A DNA stretch of 64,000 bases from Bacteroidota bacterium (GCA_046309355.1 JBKCPL010000031.1:70520-134519), one strand, 5' to 3'; positions 20,647 to 30,638 are shown, numbered from the stretch's first letter. A program made the numbers and translations. The notes: a model not told the origin generated them from the sequence alone.

Positions 20647-21360
20647 TTAGATATCGCCTTGTTGCGGCCTTATTAAAATTTCTTCTACAGCCGTTGATGG
20701 CGCCATTTTCCAGCAGTGGTAAATAGTTTCTGCAATATCAGTTGCCGGTATAAACCTCGACTCGGGCAAATTTGCACCCTCCCACGATGGCGTATACACT
20801 GCTCCGGGTAATAGTGCAGTAACTTTTACCGCTGTGTGTTGCAGTTCCATCCTAAGCTGACGGCTGAATCCAAGCAGGGCAAACTTCGTAATGCTGTATA
20901 ACCCGCCATTTTCGTATGCACGCAAACTGGCGATAGAACACATATTAAAAATGTGCCCGCGATTGTTTTTTACCATAGCTGGCAATAAGGCACGCGTGGT
21001 ATAGTATGCACTATACATATTTGCTGCCATCATTTTTTCCAGTTCACCATCCGCCTCTGTACTTAGTGTGCCCGGTTTGAATATACCTGCATTATTAACC
21101 AGTATATCTACATGGCCCAGGTGTTTCAAAACCGTTTCGGCAGTCGTTTTTACCTGCTCATTACTTGCCACATCACAGGGTATAAACAAGAATTGTTGAG
21201 ACGGATATTGATGGCTGAATTTCTTTTGCATAGCGGCAAGCAGTTCACCGCTGCGCGCACACCCGGCTACCGAAAACCCTTTTTCAGCAAAAAACGAAAC
21301 AATAGCCAAACCTATGCCTTGTGTGCATCCGGTAACAAATATGTTAGGAGATGAATTCAT
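20647..21360 (-). CDS. Short-chain dehydrogenase/reductase (SDR).
   Basis: IFVTGCTQGIGLAIV is the TGxxxGIG motif. The catalytic YxxxK lies in ...SITKFALLG. Confidence 0.85.
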   Translation of the reverse strand: MNSSPNIFVTGCTQGIGLAIVSFFAEKGFSVAGCARSGELLAAMQKKFSHQYPSQQFLFIPCDVASNEQVKTTAETVLKHLGHVDILVNNAGIFKPGTLSTEADGELEKMMAANMYSAYYTTRALLPAMVKNNRGHIFNMCSIASLRAYENGGLYSITKFALLGFSRQLRMELQHTAVKVTALLPGAVYTPSWEGANLPESRFIPATDIAETIYHCWKMAPSTAVEEILIRPQQGDI

Positions 21361-21435
21361 ATATATTTTAATGGTGACAAAATTAACTCGCAGTAATCAT
21401 ATATTTACACGCTTTTTCCAAGCACGATATTCATC

Positions 21436-22188
21436 ATGACTATTTTACGTTTTTTAGGAGAATATGCCCTGTTTTTAAGAAGCCTGTTTACACGGCCCGA
21501 GCGAGCCGGTGTGTTTTTCAGGCAAACGCTTTTACAAATGGACTCCATAGGCATAGGTTCATTCGGTATCATTTCGCTCATTTCTCTTTTTGTTGGCGCT
21601 GTTTCTACTATTCAAATCTCGTATCAGCTGGTTTCCAGCTTAGTTCCCGATTATATCTTAGGCCGTATTGTTCGCGATTCCAACATTCTTGAATTTTCGC
21701 CTACAGTTACGTGCTTGGTGTTAGCCGGCAAAGTTGGTTCGAGCATAGCTTCAGAAATTGGCACGATGAAAGTTACCGAGCAGGTAGATGCGCTGGAGAT
21801 TATGGGTATCAACTCACGAAATTATCTGGTGTTGCCCAAAATCACTGCAGGGGTTCTTACTATTCCTCTGTTGGTTGTTTATTCGATGGTTCTTTCACTG
21901 GCCGGAGGAGCCATTTCATCCCTATTCTCCGATGTGGTGGGATTGGATCCCTTTATCAAAGGGCTACGTACCGATTTTACTCCGTTCTCGGTTACGTTTG
22001 CCATGATTAAATCATTCACGTTTGCATTCATCATTACCAGTGTTTCGGCTTTTCACGGGTATCAAACCGAAGGCGGAGCGCTGGAAGTTGGGCAATCAAG
22101 CACAAGGGCTGTTGTGTATAGCTGTATTGGTATTATTTTATTCGACTATATCTGGTCCGATTTACTGCTGGGAACCAAACGCATATGA
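21436..22188 (+). CDS. mlaE: ABC transporter permease of the MlaE family.
   Basis: ...TCLVLAGKVGSSIASEIGTMKVTEQVDALEIMGINS... is the MlaE/YrbE signature. Confidence 0.85.
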   Translation: MTILRFLGEYALFLRSLFTRPERAGVFFRQTLLQMDSIGIGSFGIISLISLFVGAVSTIQISYQLVSSLVPDYILGRIVRDSNILEFSPTVTCLVLAGKVGSSIASEIGTMKVTEQVDALEIMGINSRNYLVLPKITAGVLTIPLLVVYSMVLSLAGGAISSLFSDVVGLDPFIKGLRTDFTPFSVTFAMIKSFTFAFIITSVSAFHGYQTEGGALEVGQSSTRAVVYSCIGIILFDYIWSDLLLGTKRI

Positions 22189-22913
22189 TAGAGGTAAAAC
22201 ACGTAAATAAAGGTTTTGGAGGTAAGCAGGTACTGTCCGACATTTCTGCTGTATTTTATCCGGGCAAGTGCAACTTTGTTATCGGGGCAAGCGGTTCGGG
22301 CAAAAGTGTACTCATGAAAAGCATGGTGGGATTGCTATCGGTAGATGAGGGACATATAAACTACAACGGCATTGATTTTCTGCACATCAGTTATGAAGAA
22401 AAGCAGCAACTGCGTAAGCAAATAGGTATGTTGTTTCAGGGTTCAGCACTTTTCGATTCATTGACTGTAGAAGAAAATGTAGCTTTCCCGCTGCGCATGC
22501 TTACACGGCAAAAGCCAACCGAAATAAAAGAACGGGTAAACTTTTGCCTTTCGCGTGTTGACCTGAACAATGTGAATCACCTCTACCCTTCGTCATTGAG
22601 TGGTGGCATGAAAAAACGTGTAGGTATAGCACGTGCCATAGCCCTTAACCCGAAATATCTGTTTTGCGATGAGCCTAACTCGGGCCTTGATCCTATTACA
22701 TCACGTAAAATTGATTATCTAATTCAAGAAATCACGCAGGAGTACAATATCACTACCATTATAAATACCCACGACATGAAAAGTCTCTTTGAAATGGGCG
22801 ATAACATCGTGTTTATATACAAAGGAAAAAAATTGTGGGAAGGACATAAAAACGATATTCGTAAAACCGATAAAACAGAACTCTTGGAATTTTTAAAAGC
22901 ATCCGAATTTTAA
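22185..22913 (+). CDS. mlaF: ABC transporter ATP-binding protein of the MlaF family.
   Basis: The Walker A box is GASGSGKS, the signature is LSGGMKKRV and the Walker B box is LFCDEP. It overlaps the mlaE stop by 4 bp. Confidence 0.85.
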   Translation: MIEVKHVNKGFGGKQVLSDISAVFYPGKCNFVIGASGSGKSVLMKSMVGLLSVDEGHINYNGIDFLHISYEEKQQLRKQIGMLFQGSALFDSLTVEENVAFPLRMLTRQKPTEIKERVNFCLSRVDLNNVNHLYPSSLSGGMKKRVGIARAIALNPKYLFCDEPNSGLDPITSRKIDYLIQEITQEYNITTIINTHDMKSLFEMGDNIVFIYKGKKLWEGHKNDIRKTDKTELLEFLKASEF

Positions 22914-22919
22914 GTATAT

Positions 22920-23606
22920 ATGAAAAAATCAATTCTATATATCCTGATGGCTGGGCTGCTCACTTTAGTAATGGCTGAAGCCTGCAAACACGATCCGGTA
23001 GAACCTATAACACAACCAACCACTACATCAGGAACTACCACCGGCAACCCCATACCATCAGATAGTGTATGTTTCAATACACAGATACTGCCCTTTTTTA
23101 TTTCAACCTGTGGAAGCAGCGGCTGCCACAGTGCTACCAATCCTCAAAAAGGATTTAACCTGACCACCTATACAGGTATTATGCAAGGTATTGTTCCAAA
23201 TAAACCCGCTGAAGGCAAAATAATGAAAGAGATTATTGACGGTGAAATGCCACCGGCCGGACCATTAACAGCAACTCAAAAAGCGCTGCTTGAAAAATGG
23301 ATTAGCGAGGGAGCTACACAGCGCAATTGCATCAATACATGCGATACGAATAATGTAACATATACCAATCAGGTAGCACCGGTTATTCAAACATATTGTG
23401 TAGGGTGCCACAACGGTTCATCAGGAAGCGGTGGAGTAAATTTAAACAGCTATACAGCCGTAAAAAATGAAACCCTAAATGGAAAACTTATATGTACTAT
23501 CCTACAAACGGGTGGTTGCTCTCCCATGCCGAAATCCGGACCAAAACTAAGTTTGTGTGATATTCGTAAATTTGAATTATGGAGGACTGCGAACTGCCCT
23601 CAATAA
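22920..23606 (+). CDS. Lipoprotein with two PSCyt1-like ('Planctomycete cytochrome c') heme-binding repeats.
   Basis: The signal peptide carries a MAEAC lipobox. Repeat 1 is CGSSGCH...NLTTY...MPPAGPLT...KWISEGA, a CX4CH variant. Repeat 2 is CVGCH...NLNSY...MPKSGPKLS, a CXXCH. Confidence 0.55.
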   Translation: MKKSILYILMAGLLTLVMAEACKHDPVEPITQPTTTSGTTTGNPIPSDSVCFNTQILPFFISTCGSSGCHSATNPQKGFNLTTYTGIMQGIVPNKPAEGKIMKEIIDGEMPPAGPLTATQKALLEKWISEGATQRNCINTCDTNNVTYTNQVAPVIQTYCVGCHNGSSGSGGVNLNSYTAVKNETLNGKLICTILQTGGCSPMPKSGPKLSLCDIRKFELWRTANCPQ

Positions 23607-23618
23607 ATGCACTAGTAC

Positions 23619-24071
23619 ATGAAAATATCCGCTGTTTCTTTTTTCCTATTCCTTTTCATCGCATCGTGCTCGCATTACGATGAAATTATGAGAAATGGTA
23701 AAGAAAGTACTTATAGCGGCAAAAGCCATAATGCAGGGGAGAATTGCATGACATGCCACAACAGCGGCAGTGACCTAAGTGAGGCGGTCAGAGAAGGAGG
23801 CTGGTGGTATGTAGCAGGTACTGTAAAAGGTGACTACGGAAAAGATATAGAATTATGGACTGGACCAAACCGAACGGGTGAGTTAGTATATTCGCTGCAA
23901 ATAGATCGTTCGGGTAATTTTTACAGTGCAAAAATTATCCCGGTTAACAAAGGAGTATACCCAACACTGATTAAAAAGGATGGAACTACCAAACACATGA
24001 GCACAATTACGGTAATAGGTGCGTGTACTAGTTGCCACGGGGAAACTACCGATGCTATTGATTCCAATTAA
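23619..24071 (+). CDS. Diheme c-type cytochrome lipoprotein.
   Basis: The signal peptide ends at ...FIASC. There are two CXXCH motifs, CMTCH and CTSCH. Confidence 0.55.
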   Translation: MKISAVSFFLFLFIASCSHYDEIMRNGKESTYSGKSHNAGENCMTCHNSGSDLSEAVREGGWWYVAGTVKGDYGKDIELWTGPNRTGELVYSLQIDRSGNFYSAKIIPVNKGVYPTLIKKDGTTKHMSTITVIGACTSCHGETTDAIDSN

Positions 24072-24078
24072 TTAACCC

Positions 24079-24423
24079 ATGAAAACGAAAATAATTACCA
24101 TCATCGGACTTTTGACCATTGCTTGTATGTCGGCCTGTTATTACGATAAAGAAGAGGAACTCTATCCGGCAGCTGCTGTTACAGATTTTAAATGGTCAAC
24201 AACCATTAAGCCAATTATTGATGTAAACTGTGCTACTCCGTATTGCCACAGTGCAAGTGCAGTATCACCGGACCTTACCACGTACGAGAAAGTTTTTAGC
24301 AACAGAGACCGAGTAAAAGCCAGAGCAGTTACGGAAGGTACTATGCCTAAATCAGGGCCTCTTAATACAAGCCAGCGAAACGCCCTTGCCAAATGGATTG
24401 AAGCCGGAGCACCCAATAATTAA
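24079..24423 (+). CDS. Lipoprotein with a single PSCyt1-like repeat.
   Basis: MKTKIITIIGLLTIACMSAC... is the signal peptide. CATPYCHSA...DLTTY...MPKSGPLNTSQRNALAKWIEAGA aligns with the repeats in the 22920 ORF. Confidence 0.5.
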   Translation: MKTKIITIIGLLTIACMSACYYDKEEELYPAAAVTDFKWSTTIKPIIDVNCATPYCHSASAVSPDLTTYEKVFSNRDRVKARAVTEGTMPKSGPLNTSQRNALAKWIEAGAPNN

Positions 24424-24432
24424 ACCTAACGG

Positions 24433-25344
24433 ATGAAAAAAGTAATTTACCTTTTACTCCTTTTGCTTGCGAATGGTATAGCCTATGCACAGGATGATTT
24501 ACTGAATATGTTGAATGATGAACCAGCGAAAGCTAAACCGGTATTCGCCTCGTTTAAATCAACACGCATCATTAATTTACACAGCAACGAAACCATGCGT
24601 GCCAAGCACCTCGATTTTCGTATACAACACCGTTTCGGAAACATTGGACTGGATGCCGCTAATAATTATGGATTCTACAACATGTTTGGTGTGGATGGAG
24701 CACGCATCCGACTTGGACTCGAATATGGTATAACAAATGACCTGATGGTAGGTATTGGGCGCAGCAGTGAAGGAAAAACTTATGATGGATTTGTTAAATA
24801 TAAAATCCTTAAACAATCCAGAGGCAAGAAAGCCGTTCCATTTAGCCTTAACTATTTTGGAAACATAGCCGTTGTAACACAGGAGTGGGCAGATAAATCG
24901 CGTAATAACTTTGAGTCATCCCGATTGTCGTTTGTAAATCAACTTATACTGGTGAATAAACTTAACGAACACATTTCCGTTTGCTTAAGTCCTACAGTGG
25001 TTCACTATAATTTGGTTCAAACCAAAAATCAACCGAACGATATTTATGCACTGGGCATCGGTACAAGTATTAAAATAAGCCGGAGTACTCGTTTTAACCT
25101 AGAATATATTCCACGATTGAATGGACGAAATGAGCCCAAAGACATATCCGGTAATAGCCTGTACTACGATGCTTTTGCCATTGGATTTGATATTGAAACC
25201 GGTGGCCACGTATTTCAACTTCATTTCACCAATGCATCGGGTATGATTGAGCAACAATTCATTGCACAAAATACAGGGCAATTTAATTTTAGTCAAATTC
25301 GATTAGGATTTAATATTTCCAGAACTTTTTCGTTTGAACACTAA
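24433..25344 (+). CDS. Putative outer-membrane beta-barrel protein.
   Basis: The signal peptide is MKKVIYLLLLLLANGIAYAQ. Amphipathic beta-strands alternate throughout, and the C-terminus ends in an aromatic residue (...TFSFEH). There is no family assignment. Confidence 0.45.
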   Translation: MKKVIYLLLLLLANGIAYAQDDLLNMLNDEPAKAKPVFASFKSTRIINLHSNETMRAKHLDFRIQHRFGNIGLDAANNYGFYNMFGVDGARIRLGLEYGITNDLMVGIGRSSEGKTYDGFVKYKILKQSRGKKAVPFSLNYFGNIAVVTQEWADKSRNNFESSRLSFVNQLILVNKLNEHISVCLSPTVVHYNLVQTKNQPNDIYALGIGTSIKISRSTRFNLEYIPRLNGRNEPKDISGNSLYYDAFAIGFDIETGGHVFQLHFTNASGMIEQQFIAQNTGQFNFSQIRLGFNISRTFSFEH

Positions 25345-25358
25345 ACCCCATCAATAAC

Positions 25359-25901
25359 ATGAATAAAGTAATCCTCTCATTCGTTGCCTTGGCAACAAGC
25401 TTTTCGGCAAATGCACAGCTATTCTCTACACAGTCGGGTGAAATAGGTTTCTTTTCAAAGACACCGGTAGAAGATATCGAGGCTAAATCAAAGCATGTGC
25501 TTGCTGTATTACATACTGAAAAATTAACTGTAGCATTTAAAGTAGACAATACCGGTTTTGAGTTTCCCAATAAATTGATGCAGGAGCACTTCAACGAGAA
25601 ATACATGGAAAGTGAAACATACCCTAACAGCAGTTTCACAGGTAAAATAAATGAACAGATTGATTTAACCAAGGAAGGTGAATATGATGTAACGGTGAGT
25701 GGCAAACTGCTTATTCATGGAGTAGAGCAGGAACGTACAATACCGGGCAAAGTCATTGTTAAACCGGGTGAACTTGTATTGCAATCGGACTTTAAGGTGA
25801 AAGTGGTCGACCACAAAATAGCCATACCAAAACTCGTTGTAGCAAAAATAGCAGAAGAAATCAGCGTAAAGGTGAATGCTGCATTACAACCCAAAAAGTA
25901 A
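25359..25901 (+). CDS. Periplasmic protein of the polyisoprenoid-binding YceI family.
   Basis: The signal peptide is followed by ...FDYSGKVEIHGV-like strands (LLIHGVEQERTIPGKV). The length and pattern are YceI-like. Confidence 0.6.
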   Translation: MNKVILSFVALATSFSANAQLFSTQSGEIGFFSKTPVEDIEAKSKHVLAVLHTEKLTVAFKVDNTGFEFPNKLMQEHFNEKYMESETYPNSSFTGKINEQIDLTKEGEYDVTVSGKLLIHGVEQERTIPGKVIVKPGELVLQSDFKVKVVDHKIAIPKLVVAKIAEEISVKVNAALQPKK

Positions 25902-25903
25902 TT

Positions 25904-26632
25904 TCAAAACGTCAGACTAACAGCAGCTGCAAGCATTACACCTAGAAGGATAGCTATTACTTTGCCCGTAGTGAATTTGTGGTTTTCACTGTTCTCGAAT
26001 AAAATAGTGGTAGCGATATGTAAAAATGTACCCACTACAAAGGCCATCACATACTCGAGTATGTGCGTGCTGAGAAAGCCGGTCAATTTTTGGCTGCTAA
26101 GCACGCCCAGCATAGACATACAGGCATAAATGGCTACAAAAAATAAAATACGTGATCTGTTAAAAGAATGAGCTTTTAGTATACTCACCATAGCAAATGC
26201 AGCCGGAAATTCATGCAGCACAATACCAAATAAAAAAGACAGCTTACCTGTATCATTCAACAAAAAATCACTACCAAGAGGTAAGCCTTCCATGAAACTA
26301 TGCAAACACAGGCTTATTAAAATTTCGTAGGGAACGAAGGATGATATTTTTGCATGCTTGTGAATATGAAGATGGCCATGTTCAACTCCGCGAGAGAAAC
26401 GCTCAATAAACAACTGAAAAAAGAATCCGGCCAGCAAAAGTATACCCGACCACACATTCATTTCCGTATACAAATGCGGTATAAAATGAAAAAGCACTAC
26501 CGAAAGCAGGTAGGCACCGCCAAAAGCCAGTACCAAACGAAAATTGTTCAGCTTTTGAACCTTGCTGTAATAAGCAATTAATCCACCAGCAAGCGGAAAA
26601 CCAATTAACAGCAGGTAGTAATACGGTTTCAT
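25904..26632 (-). CDS. Metal transporter of the ZIP family.
   Basis: It has multiple transmembrane helices, a His-rich loop (HGHLHIHKH) and the ZIP signature HSFMEGLPLG. Confidence 0.75.
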   Translation of the reverse strand: MKPYYYLLLIGFPLAGGLIAYYSKVQKLNNFRLVLAFGGAYLLSVVLFHFIPHLYTEMNVWSGILLLAGFFFQLFIERFSRGVEHGHLHIHKHAKISSFVPYEILISLCLHSFMEGLPLGSDFLLNDTGKLSFLFGIVLHEFPAAFAMVSILKAHSFNRSRILFFVAIYACMSMLGVLSSQKLTGFLSTHILEYVMAFVVGTFLHIATTILFENSENHKFTTGKVIAILLGVMLAAAVSLTF

Positions 26633-26635
26633 TTT

Positions 26636-27211
26636 CTAGTTGTTCGGTTGAAGTAAATCAGGTAATAAACGAATGATTAATTTCACAAACACGTATGCGA
26701 GCATACTACCCAGAATTCCACCCGAAATTACATCGGCCGGATAATGCACGCCCACATATACCTGCGAAAAAGCTATGCATGCCGCCCACATAAGCAAAGC
26801 CATGCGCAGCCAGCTAATATTTTTGAGCATAGCAGAAAGAAATACTGCCAACGCAAAATGATTGGAGGCATGTGCCGAAACAAAGCTGTACCCTTTCCCA
26901 CAATTAACCAGCAAGCGCACCTGATTCTTAAACAATTCATCGTTGCATGGCCTCAATCGCTGCACGGCATTTTTTATCAGGTTGGCACTCACCTGATCAG
27001 ATAGTAAAATAAGCAAAGCCGTGGCTGCAATCACATACAGTGCCCTGAAATTGTATTGCCTGTATAACAAGTACGCGAATACGGCATACAGAAGATACCA
27101 GTTTTTTTGATTTCTAAAAAAAGGGCACAGCATATCCAGTACCGGATTGGCCAGCACACTATTGATAAACACAAAAAGTTGTTTGTCGATATGTAGAATG
27201 AATTCGGTCAA
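26636..27211 (-). CDS. PAP2 (acid phosphatase / phosphatidic acid phosphatase type 2) family membrane protein.
   Basis: The PAP2 motifs are KNAVQRLRP (KxxxxxxRP), SFVSAHAS (PSGH-like) and SRxxxxxHxxxD-like (VGVHYPADV). The start is TTG. Confidence 0.8.
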   Translation of the reverse strand: MTEFILHIDKQLFVFINSVLANPVLDMLCPFFRNQKNWYLLYAVFAYLLYRQYNFRALYVIAATALLILLSDQVSANLIKNAVQRLRPCNDELFKNQVRLLVNCGKGYSFVSAHASNHFALAVFLSAMLKNISWLRMALLMWAACIAFSQVYVGVHYPADVISGGILGSMLAYVFVKLIIRLLPDLLQPNN

Positions 27212-27945
27212 ATGCGCTTGGTCAGCAATATTAATCTATCCGATTCAGAAATACGAAATGGATCCAAGTTATAGTTACCCATTACTTCCAGTATCTGAAA
27301 GCCCGTACGTTGAAGAAGCTGTTCAAATTTAGCACGCGAGATGAGCTGTACCTTTTCGGTAAATTCAAACGTTGTAGAAGATTCAGTAAATTGAATTTTT
27401 TTATACAAAAACTGATCATCAGTCCACCGGCTTATGGTAAACTGTATTCCATCTAGAGTTTTGCTTTCATGCTCAACAAGAGTGCTAAGCACTTTCTCTA
27501 TATTCATAAAATCAATCAGCAGTAATCCGTTTTCCGTTAACGATTCGTGTATATTCAGTAGCACCTGCTCATCTTCTTCAGCCGATTGAAAATAACCGAA
27601 ACTGGTAAATAGATTCAAGGCTAAATCAAACTTATCCCTACTTATATAATTTCTTAGATCATGTACTTCGAAACGCAAACGGCTGTTGGAGTATGTTGCC
27701 GCCTGTGCAATGCTTCTTACCGATAAATCCACACCGGTTACATCAAAACCCAGCTTATTTAAATAAACTGCGTGGCGTCCCTTTCCGCAAGCTAAATCAA
27801 GAATGCGAATATCCGGATGCATAGCTGTTTTTTTAACTACATTATCCAAAAAAAATTCAGCCTCCTGCTCATCGCGTTGATGATACAGAATATGATAATA
27901 AGGCGAATCAAACCACTCACTAAACCATTCTTTATGGGTATTCAT
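27208..27945 (-). CDS. Class I SAM-dependent methyltransferase.
   Basis: ILDLACGKGRHAVYL is SAM-binding motif I. The start is set to the ATG at 27945 (MNTHKEWF...) because the track's 27963 start is TTG. Confidence 0.8.
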   Translation of the reverse strand: MNTHKEWFSEWFDSPYYHILYHQRDEQEAEFFLDNVVKKTAMHPDIRILDLACGKGRHAVYLNKLGFDVTGVDLSVRSIAQAATYSNSRLRFEVHDLRNYISRDKFDLALNLFTSFGYFQSAEEDEQVLLNIHESLTENGLLLIDFMNIEKVLSTLVEHESKTLDGIQFTISRWTDDQFLYKKIQFTESSTTFEFTEKVQLISRAKFEQLLQRTGFQILEVMGNYNLDPFRISESDRLILLTKRI

Positions 27946-28083
27946 GCTGCAAGTATAGCACAAAGTCTGTATTGACTTAACGTATCCTAGCCTGTTGAAC
28001 CTTCAAAACAACCGACTTCTATGCACATAAACTGCTCATATCTATACCCTTATTAATAAATTTTGCTATTGAACGGGCAGCAT

Positions 28084-28091
28084 TAAATTTG
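28084..28091 (+). promoter_or_regulatory. Candidate -7 box (TAAATTTG) upstream of glmM.
   Basis: It matches TAnnTTTG. It overlaps the TTG 'start' at 28089 used in the ORF track, which argues for a downstream GTG start. Confidence 0.35.
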
Positions 28092-28115
28092 CGGTCCTTA
28101 AAAACATATACATAC

Positions 28116-29528
28116 GTGACGTTAATCAAATCCATTTCAGGAATACGAGGCACCATAGGAGGTGCAGCAGGCGATGCCTTAACACCCATTGATATTGTAA
28201 AATATACGGCTGCTTTTGCATCCATCATGAAAGGGAATCACGCATCGTGCAGTATTGTAGTGGGCCGAGATGCCCGAATTTCGGGTGATATGGTAAACCG
28301 ATTAGTAACCGGCACATTACTGGGGATGGGCATTGATGTAGTTGACCTTGGACTTTCAACCACGCCAACGGTAGAAGTTGCCGTAAAAGATGAAAAAGCT
28401 CAGGGAGGTATCATACTTACTGCAAGCCACAATCCCAAACAGTGGAATGCTTTGAAACTTTTGGACAGCAATGGAGAATTCATATCGGAAGACTTGGGGA
28501 AGCAATTACTGGCGCTGGCCGATTCACAGCAATTCTCATTTGCCGAAGTAGATAAACTAGGTACACTAATCCACAAACACGACTGGCTAAAAAAACATAT
28601 TGATAAAATTCTGGCTTTGGATTTGGTTGATTCAGACGCTATCCGTTCACGCAAATTTAAAATTGTAGTGGATGCGGTAAACTCTTCAGGTGGAGTAGCA
28701 GTACCTATGCTTTTAAAGGCATTGGGAGTAGATAATGTTATCGAGTTGTACTGTACACCCGATGGAAAATTTCCACACAATCCGGAGCCTTTGCCCGAGC
28801 ACCTGACTGAAATTTCTTCGTGGGTAAAACGTCATCAAGCCGATTTGGGCATTGTAGTGGACCCGGATGTAGACCGACTGGCATTGGTATGCGAAGACGG
28901 ACAGCTTTTCGGAGAAGAATACACCTTGGTATCGGTAGCTGATTATGTGCTTCGAAATACTACTGATGAGGTGTTGAAACAAAAAGGATTTAACCGTCAT
29001 ACCGTATCTAACCTTTCATCAACCCGTGCACTTCGCGATGTAACTGAAAAATCAGGTGGAAGCTATTCGGCAAGTGCTGTAGGTGAAGTGAATGTGGTAA
29101 AGATGATGAAAGAAACCAAAGCCATTATTGGGGGCGAAGGAAACGGTGGTGTTATACTTCCCGAATTGCATTACGGACGAGATGCATTGGTAGGCATAGC
29201 TTTATTTCTATCGAATCTGGCCAGACAAGCTAAACTTTGCTCTATTCTGCGTAGTTCATATCCCGATTACTTTATTGCTAAAAAGAAGATTGAACTGACA
29301 CCGGAAATAAATATTGATATGCTGATGGAACGTATCAAAGACAAGTATAAAAAACAACCTATTAACACTACCGATGGAGTTAAAATTGAGTTTGACAAAG
29401 AGTGGGTTCACCTGCGCAGATCGAATACCGAACCCATCATACGTATATATGCCGAAAGCCAAAGTGAAACAACTGCCGAAAACCTGGCCGAAAAACTCAT
29501 TTCGGATATGAAGCAATTCATCAACTAA
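28116..29528 (+). CDS. glmM: Phosphoglucosamine mutase / phosphohexomutase.
   Basis: SGIRGTIGG is the active-site Ser loop, TASHNP is the phosphoserine signature and ...GGEGNGG is the sugar-binding loop. The start is moved to the GTG at 28116 (MTLIKSISGIRG) because the 28089 start is TTG and overlaps the putative -7 box. Confidence 0.75.
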   Translation: MTLIKSISGIRGTIGGAAGDALTPIDIVKYTAAFASIMKGNHASCSIVVGRDARISGDMVNRLVTGTLLGMGIDVVDLGLSTTPTVEVAVKDEKAQGGIILTASHNPKQWNALKLLDSNGEFISEDLGKQLLALADSQQFSFAEVDKLGTLIHKHDWLKKHIDKILALDLVDSDAIRSRKFKIVVDAVNSSGGVAVPMLLKALGVDNVIELYCTPDGKFPHNPEPLPEHLTEISSWVKRHQADLGIVVDPDVDRLALVCEDGQLFGEEYTLVSVADYVLRNTTDEVLKQKGFNRHTVSNLSSTRALRDVTEKSGGSYSASAVGEVNVVKMMKETKAIIGGEGNGGVILPELHYGRDALVGIALFLSNLARQAKLCSILRSSYPDYFIAKKKIELTPEINIDMLMERIKDKYKKQPINTTDGVKIEFDKEWVHLRRSNTEPIIRIYAESQSETTAENLAEKLISDMKQFIN

Positions 29529-29540
29529 TAAATCTTTATC

Positions 29541-30638
29541 ATGTCATTAAAATGCGGAATAGTAGGGTTACCTAATGTTGGGAAATCAACCTTGTTCAAT
29601 TGCTTATCCAATGCCAAGGCACAAGCTGCCAATTTCCCTTTTTGCACCATTGAACCCAATGTGGGTGTAATTACGGTTCCTGATGAGCGGCTGAATGAAT
29701 TAGCAAAATTGGTAACCCCTCAGCGAGTTGTACCTACTACCATAGAAATAGTGGACATTGCCGGATTGGTAAAAGGAGCCAGTAAAGGCGAAGGTTTAGG
29801 CAATCAATTTTTAGCCAACATTCGAGAAACCGATGCCATTTTGCATGTACTCAGATGTTTTGATAATGACAATATTATTCATGTGGATGGCTCTGTTGAT
29901 CCGGTAAGGGATAAAGAGATCATTGATACTGAGCTTCAACTAAAGGACTTAGATTCGGTAGAAAAAAAACTACAACGTGTATCACGTGCAGCTAAAACTG
30001 GCGATAAGGATGCCGCTAAGGCCGAAGCAGTTTTACTGAAATACAAGACCCAGCTGGAACAAGGTAAAAGTGCGCGAACGGTTGAGGTATCGGAAGATGA
30101 CAAGAAGCACATAGAAGATTTGCAGTTACTGACCATAAAGCCGGTATTGTACGTATGCAATGTGGATGAAGCATCCGTAGTAAATGGCAATAAATACGTA
30201 GATAAGGTACAACAAGCTATTCAGGATGAAAATGCAGGTCTGCTAATAATTAGTGCAGCAATCGAAGCCGATATCGCACAGCTTGAAAATTACGATGACC
30301 GTGTAGCGTTTCTGTCCGACTTAGGTTTAACCGAATCGGGTGTGGCCAAACTTATACGTGAAGCGTATGCATTGTTAAATCTGATAACCTATTTTACAGC
30401 AGGTGTTCAGGAAGTACGTGCATGGACCATTACACGGGGCATGAAAGCGCCTCAGGCTGCAGGTGTAATTCATACCGATTTTGAAAAAGGGTTTATACGT
30501 GCCGAAGTAATCTCATTCAATGATTATACCCGACTGGGCTCAGAAGCTGCCGTAAAAGAAGCCGGTAAAATGAGGGTTGAAGGAAAGGATTACATTGTAC
30601 TAGATGCTGATGTGATGCACTTTAGGTTTAACGTTTAA
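29541..30638 (+). CDS. ychF: Ribosome-binding ATPase YchF.
   Basis: [23 protein letters not shown]...[12 protein letters not shown] is the canonical YchF N-terminus. The C-terminus is a TGS domain. Confidence 0.95.
   Translation: MSLKCGIVGLPNVGKSTLFNCLSNAKAQAANFPFCTIEPNVGVITVPDERLNELAKLVTPQRVVPTTIEIVDIAGLVKGASKGEGLGNQFLANIRETDAILHVLRCFDNDNIIHVDGSVDPVRDKEIIDTELQLKDLDSVEKKLQRVSRAAKTGDKDAAKAEAVLLKYKTQLEQGKSARTVEVSEDDKKHIEDLQLLTIKPVLYVCNVDEASVVNGNKYVDKVQQAIQDENAGLLIISAAIEADIAQLENYDDRVAFLSDLGLTESGVAKLIREAYALLNLITYFTAGVQEVRAWTITRGMKAPQAAGVIHTDFEKGFIRAEVISFNDYTRLGSEAAVKEAGKMRVEGKDYIVLDADVMHFRFNV

Noticed and set aside
28019-28228. A minus-strand 69-aa ORF in the glmM promoter and 5' region.
   Set aside because: It overlaps the glmM coding start and the candidate promoter and has no features.
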